A DNA stretch of 64,000 nt from Felis catus (Eukaryota): positions 163,744,001-163,808,000 of the forward strand of contig NC_058368.1 of the NCBI RefSeq assembly GCF_018350175.1, written 5' to 3'. A model generated the notes under the pieces. The model worked only from the letters and a program-made list of their open reading frames with translations, was not told the origin of the DNA and did not search any database. The position numbers were made by a program, and so were the translations under genes. Each line of letters opens with the position of its first letter. Position 1 is the first letter of the stretch. This document shows, one piece after another, positions 53,448 through 64,000 of this stretch.

Positions 53448-53605
53448 CTTTTCATTTCTTGGTTTGAGGTTGCACAGAAGCAAAACGTTCTATTTCCAGA
53501 CTGAGGCACACAGTTAAACACAAATGGTTTTCCCAAACTGCTATCAATGCCAACTTCTGCACCTTCTAATTTTATTACTTCTAGAGGCGAACATTTTCCT
53601 TCATC
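53448..53605 (-). CDS. PDZPH1: Internal coding exon, second half of first PH domain (DEGKCSPLEVIKLEGAEVGIDSSLGKPFVFNCVPQSGNRTFCFCATSNQEMK-R) of a tandem-PH protein, probably PDZPH1
   Basis: Acceptor ttatcaattacAG and donor aagGTaatt; 158 nt, phase 0 to 2; PH-type 'I.L.GA.V...F.F...RTF.F.A.S..EM' pattern; splices in frame to the next exon. Symbol is from recalled architecture, not a search. Confidence 0.85.
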
Positions 53606-53933
53606 CTGTAATTGATAAGGAAGAGGTTCAGCATGGGCACTGCAACTAAGCAGATAAGAGCGAACGTGAGTGAAGAAAGGAGGACTGAAGTTATTTTTTT
53701 TTATAATTGACTGTACGATCTGAAATGAAATTATAACCCAAATGAGTTTTTGTTGATTATGCTCCCCATGATATATTCCATGGAACTCCAAATCTCCAGC
53801 TATTATATTTTTCCACATCCCTTTTGAATACCCTCTATTAATATGCATTTTATTTATGCCAACTTGGGAAAGTATAGTTAATTATTAATGCCCATTTTTC
53901 CTATGAGAAAAACCATTAAAAGAAATTCACATT

Positions 53934-54135
53934 GGGATGCATGGATGGCTCATTTGGTTAAGCATTCGACTTTGGCTCAGATCATGATCTCCCAATTCAT
54001 GGGTTCAAGCCCCATGCCGGCCCTCTGCTGACATTTCCGAGCCTGGAGTCTTCTTCGGATTCTGTCTCTCCCTCTCTCTCTGCCCCTCCCACTCATACTC
54101 TCTCTCTCTCAAAAATAAATAAAACATTAAAAAAA
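53934..54135 (+). mobile_element. CanSINE with TSD aaattcacatt
   Basis: Head, (CT)n, tail and direct repeat. Confidence 0.9.
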
Positions 54136-54151
54136 TTAAATTCACATTATA

Positions 54152-54365
54152 GGGGCATCTGGGTGACTCAGTGGTTAAGTGTCCATCTTCAGCTCAGGTC
54201 ATGATCTCTCGGATCATGAGTTTGACCCCTGCATTGGGCTCTGCATTGACAGCGTGGGGCCTACTTGGGATTCACTCTCTCCTGCTCCGTCTCTCCCCCA
54301 GTTGTGTGTGCACATGTGCATATGTGTGCACTCCATCACAAAATAAAGCTTCTTAAAAAATAAAA
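54152..54365 (+). mobile_element. CanSINE; flank ttcacatta shared with the neighbouring SINE
   Basis: Head, body and tail, followed by aaaagaagttcacatta. Confidence 0.9.
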
Positions 54366-54719
54366 GAAGTTCACATTACAAAATATATGTGGTTGGTAGT
54401 GACATGAGATCTCTAGTTAGTTTCTACAATTAACATGTACTCCATGCTTATTGCATATGGCCCTCTTCTAAATTCTTCACATCTCTTATTTGGTTTTGCT
54501 TCACAAATGCTTACAAGGTAGTTGCTTTTATCATCTCTATTTTACAGATCAGGAAACTGCAGCACAGAGAGAATCAAGAACACTTTTCTTTAAATGACAG
54601 TATTTTAAAATACCACCTATGTATGCAAAATAATTTTACAAGTAAATATTTTGTTATATTTATTTTACAATTATATCTCAAAACATCCTGTCCACTATTC
54701 ATGTCCTCTCTAAAAATGA

Positions 54720-55500
54720 CTATATTGCGGTTTAATTTATGTACCATAAAGTCACTAACTATATGCGTACAACTCAGTGATTTTTTTTTTTTTTAGGCAA
54801 GGTACAGAGTTGTGAAACTGTTGCCACAATCTAGTTTTAGAACTTTCCATCAACCTCCAAATTTTCTTTCAGCCCATTTGCAGTCAATTGCCACCCTTGC
54901 TCCTCCAATCATAGGTAATCACACATCTGTTTTCTATTCCTATGAATTTGCCATTTCTAGACATTTCATATAAGTAGTATCATATACTATGTTCTTTGTG
55001 ATTGGCTTCTTTTACTTAGTGTAATGTTTTCAAGTTTCATCCGCAGTGTAGCATTTATTTGTTCTTCATTCCTTTTTATTTCTGAGCTATTATTCTATTA
55101 TACAGGTATGCATCATTTAGTTTGTCCATTCACAAGATAATGGCGATTTTTCTTTCAAGTTTTGGTCTATTTTGAATAATGCTGCTATAAACATTTGTGT
55201 ACAGGTCTTTGTGTGGACATATGTTTTCATTCTCTTTGGTACATTACTAAGAGTGAAAGTGTTGGGTCACATCGTAGGTTTAATTTTACAAGAAACTGCC
55301 AAACTATTTTCCAAAGTGGCTATACCATTTTACATTCCCACCAGTAGTCTATGAGTGTTCCAGATTCCCAACACCCTCACCAATAGTCTGTAGTGCTTGT
55401 CTTTTTGATAACAGCTGCCGTCCTACTGGGCATGTAGTAGAATCTCCTGGTGATTTTAATTTGCATATTTCTAATGGCTGATGGTGTGGAGCATCGTCCA
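54720..55500 (-). mobile_element. Old L1M (L1MB-type) 3' fragment
   Basis: aataatgctgctataaacatttgtgtacagg...ccattttacattcccacc motifs. Confidence 0.8.
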
Positions 55501-57156
55501 TACCAGAGGCTCTTAACCAGTTTTAGGTAACGACTTCCTTTGGGATGCAGATGAAAACCCTCTCACCCCTCCCCTAATACATTTATATGTGCACATATAC
55601 ACACATGTGTGCGTGTAAATACATGTGTGTGAGACATGTTACATGTATACACATGCATGGGTACATATAAACACACATGTGTGTACATGCATATGCAGAA
55701 ATTTTCTTGCTACTCATGGGTGGATGGAAACAAAAAATTCTTTGACCAAAAGTAATATCTCATAGTTGTATGGCACTTTAGTTTATAAAACATTTCCATG
55801 GGCTCTGCCTTTTCTTGTTTTATAACTACTCTATAAAATAGGAAGCCACTCTTATCCCCATTTTCTAGAGGAAGAAACAGAGTTTCAATGAGATGCCCCA
55901 ATGTTACATAGAAATAGAATTTGGACACTGGTCTTCTGTTTCTGTCCTTGACACCACTTCCGCCATGTGTCTGGCTTCTTAGGCCATGGAAATCTGGGAG
56001 ACTGCTGGATCTTAGATTCAGCATTTGAAGGCTATAACATTGAACATTTTAGGAGACACAGTATGTCCTGAAGCCACTAACTTTCCTGGAATAGAGACAG
56101 AGATGCAGAATTTCAGTCAGTTTTAGTGAATATAAAGAAAGTAGCACATGTTGTAATCATTGGACATGGTCAATACTATGATATTAAAAATCAGAAGAAT
56201 ATATTTTCATTTTCTTTAATAAGGATAAAGGCTTTACATGCCCATAATGGCTACTTACATCATTTTCACAGGAGCATTGCAAACTATAAAAAGATATGGG
56301 AAAACAAATGAAGGCTGGAAATTTTATTCTCATGAGAAGTGACAGATGTGTTCATTTACTAAGAGCAAACACTCACTTGGTTTGCTTTCCTTTGGGCCCA
56401 TTTTATAGATAAGATGATATGTCAGTCTCAGCATTAGCACCATTAGGTTACTCTAGAGCTACCATGTTCTCCACATCCTTTGCTATAAGAGAATGCAAAG
56501 GACTACATTCATATGGCATGTGACACAACCAAGAATAGTGCCTTAAGTCACTTATGAGGCTCTTTTTCCTCTGCTCAAATAGCAGCTATGTCAGAAGAAT
56601 GAATGATTGATGAATGGATTAGATTAAAAACTGAATGCTACCGTCTCTTACATGGCGTCTAACACGGCCCGGATTCCATTTTGGCTACTCTCAGCTGCTC
56701 CTCATTGTCCATGATTATGAGCCTTCTGTGGCCCTGGGAGCAGCTGCAATAAGACCAGGCACACAGAGCCCACGTAGCGGGTGTGGTACTCTTGCAGCCG
56801 TGCTCATTCATCTTACTCTTTTCTCTCGGTTTCACCAGTCCAAGCACCTTTAAACTCCACTCTTGTGGAGATATGGGGTCCAGAAAAGGTTCTCTTTTAG
56901 CTGAATCCAAACGCTGCTTGGTCTGTGGTTCTGTATTCTCCAATCAAATGTTTTCTAGAGATAAACAACAATGAGAACCCCAATTTGTCTTACTGCCATG
57001 CCCTTGGGGTCTTTAACTCTTCCCTTAAGCAAAACTCAGTCCCTCAGTTTAATTCTTAAATGGGTTCTGTTTGAGTCTTTCCCTCTGGCTCTGCCAAAAG
57101 TCTGACTTATGTAGGTATTGAAAACAGCAAAGAATTTTTAAAGACTGGTTTCCCTA

Positions 57157-57369
57157 GGGGGCACCTGGGTGGCTCAGTCGGTTGAGCCCAACTTCAGCCC
57201 AGGTCATGATCTTGTGGATCACGGGTTGGACCCGCCTTGGGCTCTGTGCTGACAGCTCAGAACCTGGAGCCTGCTTTGGATTCTATGTCTCCTTCTCTCT
57301 CTGCCCCTCCCCTGCCTGTGCTCTGTCCCTCTCTCTCTCAAAAATAAATAAAAACATTAAAAAAAAAAA
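57157..57369 (+). mobile_element. CanSINE with TSD aaagactggtttcccta
   Basis: Exact 17-bp flanking direct repeat. Confidence 0.94.
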
Positions 57370-60300
57370 GACTGGTTTCCCTACAACTTTATATTCTCCT
57401 TTCCAAGGAATGGAAAGACTCTAGCTTCATTTTTTTATTCCTGAGCCAAATGAGAGATCCAGTTGCTTCATGGATACGAGATTGAGTAAAATAGAAATGA
57501 TGCTGAATAGAATAATACCAAGGAATTGTTTAGTGAGGTCCAGAAGCTATCAACTGAGATGAAGGAATTTAGGCTGTTTATGCCAGGTGGCCTTGGATAA
57601 TGTTGACAGTGTCTGTCATGGAAATAAGATTTCTACAGAAATGATTCCAAAGGTCAGACTGCTCAGAAAAGGGAAATAGTAAATAATAAGGACAAAAACC
57701 CAACCCAGAGTGAATCCACTTACAAATTAAATTATTTCTATAAAGAAAAATACAGACAAGGACATCTGTATCTGTCTGCAACCTGGGCTTTCTGGTAAAA
57801 TAAAATTACCTACAGAGGTTTTTTTTAGTTATTTGCTTTGGTCAAAATTTTGGTTTAAACTTGGCAGAAATATTTTGTGGTTGCGTCTCTTTTTTAAGGA
57901 GAGAGAAAAGGTTAGGACACTATACCAACATGTTTCCCTTTATCTAAAGGCATAGCCATGAAAATCCATAAACTAAGAAGGAGGAAAAAGGCATCTTTAG
58001 CCAGAAAAAGGAACTGATAATTCTCAGTGGGGAAAACAGAGCCAAAATAAATTTAGAGGGAAAGAAAGCATGTCCTAAAGCAAAACAGCACATGAAAGGT
58101 ACATAAAACACACATCTAGACTGCTATATTTAAAGCTAGCAGGTTGAAGCAAAATTGAGGGGTGAGTGCCTCTTGGAGCCTTATTAATGATGATCAGAGC
58201 CTTTTATCTGTAGGCAGCAGTTTGGAGGCTTCCCTCCTCCCTGGTGTCTGAAAACCATCACTCTGATAGCTAGGAGGCGGTGGCCTCTGTCCATGTCATA
58301 GATGACTGGATCAGGAGGGCGGCAAAGCCTGCAACGGTAAGGAGAGATACAGGATGCTTTCGCTGGAGTAGCCTGTGTTACCTATCTCTGTTCTTGATTA
58401 AATGGAAGTTTTGACCCTAGGGACTGCACTCCCCTCATGACCCACTCAAGATTATTACATACATGTATGTATGCATTTGTTTACTTATTTATGCTTTCCT
58501 CTTTTCCCTCCAAGTAGGCAAGAAAGCATTGATGAAGAAAAGAGGACAGAGAATAAAGAGCATGCACGTCAGACTCTTGTTTGTGGCTGGTACTGGGTTC
58601 TCTGTCAGAGCTTTGTGAATTTAACGTTTCTCTTTTTGCTTTTTTCAAGAAATGGAGATGATGTCGATTTTATTCCCCACAGTTGCTAGAACCTTGTCTG
58701 AATAGAAGTGCGTTTCCTGCTCTTTCCCTACTTTTATAATGCCTGGCTGCCACCAACACCAGCAGAGGTAACTGGCTGCAAACTCAGAATTTTGTGCTTT
58801 TCTTTTCAGTTTGCTTGGAGTAGGGAGCCATGTTTTAGGAATGATAAATACAGGCTGGCAGCATCATGTTGTTTCCTGGCACCGAGGAGACTCCAGGCTC
58901 CAGGAAACACAAGTGGCTTTTGGGGCTGGAGGAGTTCATGTGCACACAGACCAATGCATTATGCTGCTCCCAGACAGACAGGCTTCCTGCTAGAAAGTCA
59001 GCTAAGTGGAGGGATGATAATGAAGTTGGAGTCTGAGCTGCCCATGCTTTACAGCTTTGAAGAGACACTTCTGGCCTCGGTCACATGTCTCATTTGTCAC
59101 CATTTCCCTTGGCTCCTCAACTATCCCTTAGAGTAGAACAACTACCAACCAGTGAGAACAGAAAGACTGTGGAGTAGTTAATCTGAGTCATAGTCATGAC
59201 CTTTCCAAAGTTGTCAAAAAGTTACCAGGTTCACTGTAAAATCAAGATATTCTGCATCTTAAGCTCTGCAATTGAATGTTTGTCCTACAAGCTTTCTCTC
59301 TGAACTCAGCGTATTCTCAGTTTGTAGGTGGTTTCTGAAGCCAGACAGGCTGGGTTTGAATCCTTATGTTTGTGGCCTTGGGCAAGTTACTTCAACTCTC
59401 TGTGTCTCTGTTTCCTTATGAAAGAGAATTTAGTTAATACATATGTAAAGTTTTCAGAACACTGCCTGGCACTTCATAAGTGATATATAAATGTTAACTT
59501 TCATTCTTACGTAGAAATTTGATGAAAATGAAGAGTAAGAACCTAGTATATTTGTTAACTGAGCATCTTTAATATGGATGTCAAAGTAACTTTATTTAAA
59601 GTAAGTTCTTATATCTGTCTCTTTTTTTTCTCTCCAAGAATTACAGGTTACATGAACAAGGGGAAGGGCTTAAACTCTGGGAATCTCAGTGTCCTCATTT
59701 GTAAAATAGGGGTAAAAGCACCCTCCTTTTTGAGGATGAGAAGAGATCATCTGTGTAAAGTGCACATAACAATGAGGATTTTTCTTTCCTGTATCTGGGG
59801 TCCTATATCAGTTTAAGTGCAAATGAAGTGTCCTTACACTATCGCTATGACTCAGGATGCAGTATGAGGAAAGTTCTGTTCCAGAACCAGCAGTGGTTAT
59901 TACTGAGAGGAGGGATGGGCTGGGCTGGGACATGGGTGGGGATGGGGCCGGAACAGAGGGAGAAGGTAGAAAAGGAGGTAGTCTGGGCAATTTCATTGTT
60001 TTATTTTGGAAGGGAGTTGTGATGATTTCAGTGGTTGACTTCTGTGCCTGGATTCCTGTTAACCTGCCCCTCACTCAGGGATTCAGAGGAGTCAGTATTT
60101 GCCTCTGGTTATACTCATGCGTAGAGTCTCCCACAGTCCATAGATAGAAGCTGCCTGTTGGAAGAGCCAGGTGCTTACTAATGGCTCTCCCTTCCTCTGT
60201 CCTGAGAGGCTGCTTTTTGGTCCAGTCATGCCTGGATTAACATCCTGGCTTAAATGAATTTCTCTCTCCTTACTGCCCTCTCTTGCTCCTTTCCTTTCTT

Positions 60301-60705
60301 CAACACCTACTGAGTGTGTCTGTACCTTCTGCCAGACTTCATGCTAAGTACTAAGACCCACCATGGGTTTTAGCCTTAGACTGATTTGCTAGTCTTCAGC
60401 CAGTCTCATTCTGGACAATGAATCCTTAGCCCCTTTTCTGGTCATGTTCTTAGGCTCTGGGATCTCCAAACCTAATATGCTCATTATTACTCATGGTCTT
60501 TTGCCTACCTCATTCTGCCCTATTTTGACCCTCATTAGGAAAGGAGTGACCCAGTTCTTCTGAGAGGGAGTGTTCTGATCCTCAGTGGATTCAGATGTTT
60601 ATCCACACACACACGATAGCATACTTAGCACTTCAGAGTTGAGGGAAAGTGTTTCTCTTTCTCTAATCTCTTTGCAGATCTCCCCAAGCTTTTGTAATTT
60701 GGGGT

Positions 60706-61053
60706 ATGTTATGCACTGAATGTGCCCAAGTCCAAAATCCATATGCTGAAATCCTAAACCCCAATGTGATGGTGCTAAGAGGTGGGGCCTTTGGGAAGTG
60801 ATTAAGTCATGAGGATGGAACCCTCATTAATGATATTAGACAGTCCAGAGAGCTCCATTGCCCCTTCTGCTATGTGAGGACACATACAAAGGACACCATC
60901 TATGAATCAGGAAGAAGATCTGCACTAGACCCAAAATCTGCCAGCGCCTTGATCTTATACTTCCCAGTCTCCAAAACTGTGAGAAATGAATGTTTGTTGT
61001 TTAAGCCACCCAATCTATGGTATTTTTGTTATAGCAGCCTGAATAGACTAAGG
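60706..61053 (+). mobile_element. MaLR (MLT1A/B-like) solo LTR
   Basis: tgttatgcactgaatgtg...ccccaatgtgatggt...tttgttatagcagcctgaatagactaag. Confidence 0.85.
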
Positions 61054-62243
61054 CAGGATGATAACCTAAAGCAAGAATTCTGTTTTTCCTTTGAAATATC
61101 TCACTCCAAACTTGTACTTCATTCCTAGTGATAGCACTTTGATCCAAGGTCTTGGCCTGTCATGCCTATGTCACTACAGCAGCCCCCTGGCTGAGCTTCT
61201 CGATGCCAGCACAATCTTGACAATGTAATTTGAATGGCCTGACATCACTCACCCAAGGTCTGCTTCCATTGCACTTCCCATGATACTACTTGCCAGTTTA
61301 TTGCCTCTGAGCTCCAGATTTATCCTTCATTGCCTGATTTGTGAAAATAGACCTGTGACCTTCATATTTTAATATTAATATTAAACATAAAATTATAATA
61401 TTTTTCCTTTGCCAGCTGGCATGAAATTAAACCTTGCTACCACATACTTCTGGAGGGACACTGCAGGAAGAAGGGTTGTTCTTCCTAGTTCCTGTAGATT
61501 GTACTACATTTTTTCTCTATTCCTCAGCCTTTGAGATTTATTCTAGTGCTAAGTGCTTATAGGACATAGCTTCTCCAGGGTTCCACAGCTCTCAATTTGG
61601 GCATTGGTGGCATACTGGGGAGCCCCAGACACCAAGGCCTGTGTTCTAGCCCTCTCCTCAGCCCTGTGGAGCTGGCCGTGTAGGAAATGGCCCCCGGGCC
61701 TCAGAGGTACCTAAAAGTACACTAGGTTATTATAGAGGGAGACTTCCTCTGCAACTCCCAGTGTCAACAGCACCCACAGTGGCACTCCAGCATCTTCTAT
61801 GTACCTAACTCACTCTGCATGGCCAAGTGTCAACCTCACCTCACCAGTGCCCTGGACGTTTGTTTCTGTGGCTGTTCTAATGCAGACACCAAGCTCTCTG
61901 GGCCTCACACCAGCAGCAGTGCTTGACACACTCAGTACTTCTGACTCACTGCATACCTGTCCAGCAGCCTTGGCTCACCTGAGCCCCAGGGGTTGTTTCT
62001 GCTAGCCCAGAGGCTAGGTACCAACTCTGGCCATGCCAAACCAGCAAAATCTTCCATCAACCAGTGACTGCAACCAACCTTCTCTGATGAGGCTTGTACC
62101 CCTATTTCCAAGTTAATGCTTCCTTGAGTACTCTCTCTTTCTACCTTAAGATTCCTTTTAGAGTTCTCTTTTTTGTCTTTATAATTACTTTCCTATCATT
62201 GGTTAATTGTTCTTCATGTTAAACTTCTGTTTAAATTACTGTG

Positions 62244-62697
62244 TGTGATGGCTAATTTTATATGGCAAAGTGGCTAGGCTATGTATGGTGCCTAGACCTG
62301 TGGTCAAACACTAATCTAGATATTGCTGCGATGTATTTTTTAGATGTGATTAACATTTAAATCAGTAGACTTGGAGTAAAGCAGATGACCTTCCATGTAG
62401 TTAGTGGGCTTCATCCAGTCAGTTGAAGGCCTCAAGATAAAAAGATTGAGGTCTTCCAGAAGAAAGATTTCTGAAGAGATTGAGGTCTTCCAGAAGAAAG
62501 ATTTCTGCCTTCAGACTCCAGTTGCAACATCAACTCTTCCCTGGGTGTCCAGCAGGACTGCCCTATAGAATTCAGACTTGCCAGCCCTTACAATGAGCCA
62601 ATTCCTTAAAACCCCCTTCTGTGTGTGTGTGTATGTGTGTATATATACATAAACATATACACACACTTCCTGTTGGTTCTGTTTCCCTGAATAATAC
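62244..62697 (+). mobile_element. ERVL (MLT2-type) solo LTR
   Basis: tgtgatggctaattttat...gattaacatttaaatcagtagact...ttggttctgtttc...taataca. Confidence 0.8.
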
Positions 62698-64000
62698 ACT
62701 GTGCTATTTCTGTCTCCTCAGATAGATAGACTTATGAACAAATATAAAATAAGTAGTCAAGTCTTTCCTGCTGATTCCCAATGCCCTCCATTTCCTGACC
62801 CCATCATTTCTATCAATTTCATTAATTGTCCTCAGCGTCCGTCCCAAGAACACAGCACTCATTCCTTCCCTGCCTGTCCTCCATTTCCCTCACCATTCAT
62901 GTCCTCCTGTCTCTCCTCTTCCTGTTCATATTCTAGCCAACCTTCAAGGTTGGCTCTAATTCCTCTCCCTTCATGAAGTCTTTTTACCTCTTGGAGCCAT
63001 CACCATTCTCTCTCTGCCTACAAAGAATGCCTGTGCCCTATCATTGAGAGCTAAATTATATTGCTTCATTTAGTTTGTGTGGATGTGGATGAGTGTGTGT
63101 GTATGTGTGTACGTACGTGTATGTGCATAGATGCATATATATGTGTATATGTGTGCACTCACTAATATTTATTGAGGTTGAGTTCTTATTATGAACCAGG
63201 CACTGAGCTATATACTTTTAATTATTTAATCATCTCATCTAGGAGTTTTTTAGTCATATGCTCCTTGTATGGGCCTATTTATTCCTCTCACACTCAGTGA
63301 ACAATTAAAATTTTTCTTCTTTTCTTATTTTTAAGTAAGATGCCGTAAGACTAGGGTACCCCCTTTTCAGAAGAAAAGTAACAGGTACATATGAGTGAGG
63401 GGAAAGAATGTGATATTTGTCAAACTCCTGTGAGAAATCTCTCTGTGCATCTGAAAATTATAGTTGCCTGCTGGTTTAGCATTTCTAATCAATAATAGAG
63501 AGAACCCTTCTCAATGAACCTGCCTCGGTTGAGATAGCCCATCCTGGGCTCCACTCTGAAATCCCAGGGAGTGACAGAAAGGGTCAGAACACCCCCCCCC
63601 ATTTTGCATTAGTTGCTGTGTCATGTCCGCAGAGTTGACTGGGAGTTTCTAGCAAACCCCTTTCTGTCCAGGTGAAGTAATCTGAATGGCTCAGATCTTT
63701 GGAAAATGGAAAATAAATTTCACCAACATACTGTTAAAATAATACAGAAGATCTCTGAATGCTGTTTGGCCTTGTCTTGAGTGAAGAATAAAATGTCAGC
63801 AGACTGGCCCTGATTCTTCACATTTAAAAGGATTGTCTTAATACTCCTTGTTGATTGTGGCAAGGTTATAAAATAATCTCACTGTGAGGGCTGCATTATC
63901 CACATTCTACAAACCACGAAATGGCGACAAGTGAGGTTAAGTAATTTGACCAAGGAAATGCAGCTAATAGATGGTAAATCTAGGAGGTGAATCAAAACTT

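Noticed and set aside
55580..55696. Alternating purine-pyrimidine tract with Z-DNA or hairpin potential
   Set aside because: Degenerate (CA/TG/TA)n low-complexity sequence, common in mammals.
56659..56943. 94-aa minus-strand ORF inside AG...GT boundaries (56652-56954) as an upstream exon
   Set aside because: The frames checked from the acceptor hit stops, the ORF ends before the donor, and there are no PH or PDZ motifs.
63732..63809. Minus-strand 'HFILH...LLYYFN' as the missing first half of PH1
   Set aside because: In-frame TGA just upstream, weak acceptor, and the wrong phase to join the exon at 53605.
1..64000. CRISPR array, operon or other prokaryotic or viral system
   Set aside because: No repeat-spacer periodicity or dense coding. 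The only reverse transcriptase is L1 ORF2, and the recurring motifs are SINEs and TSDs.

Overview
This is mammalian genomic DNA, almost certainly from a cat or other felid. The assignment rests on many tRNA-derived CanSINEs with felid-type bodies and a felid-type L1 5'UTR and ORF1; it comes from recognition, not a search. The window is repeat-rich with one recognisable gene: five minus-strand exons (53605 to 38787) that splice in phase into an intact 207-aa C-terminus with tandem PH domains. This is most likely PDZPH1, which is a pseudogene in human; its upstream exons were not found here. Other main elements are a full-length, frameshift-free L1 (about 6592-12532) whose ORF2 is killed by three point nonsense codons, about 17 CanSINEs, old MaLR/ERVL LTRs, MER33 and old L1 and MIR remnants. 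The most unusual items are retrotransposition products: an L1 3' end joined to an inverted CanSINE head inside one TSD, a poly(A)-only insertion with its own TSD, a tailless 5S rRNA retrocopy, and re-used insertion sites. I saw no prokaryotic-type system (CRISPR, operon, etc.). Most short ORFs in the track are noise. Coordinates were counted by eye and old-repeat boundaries are approximate.
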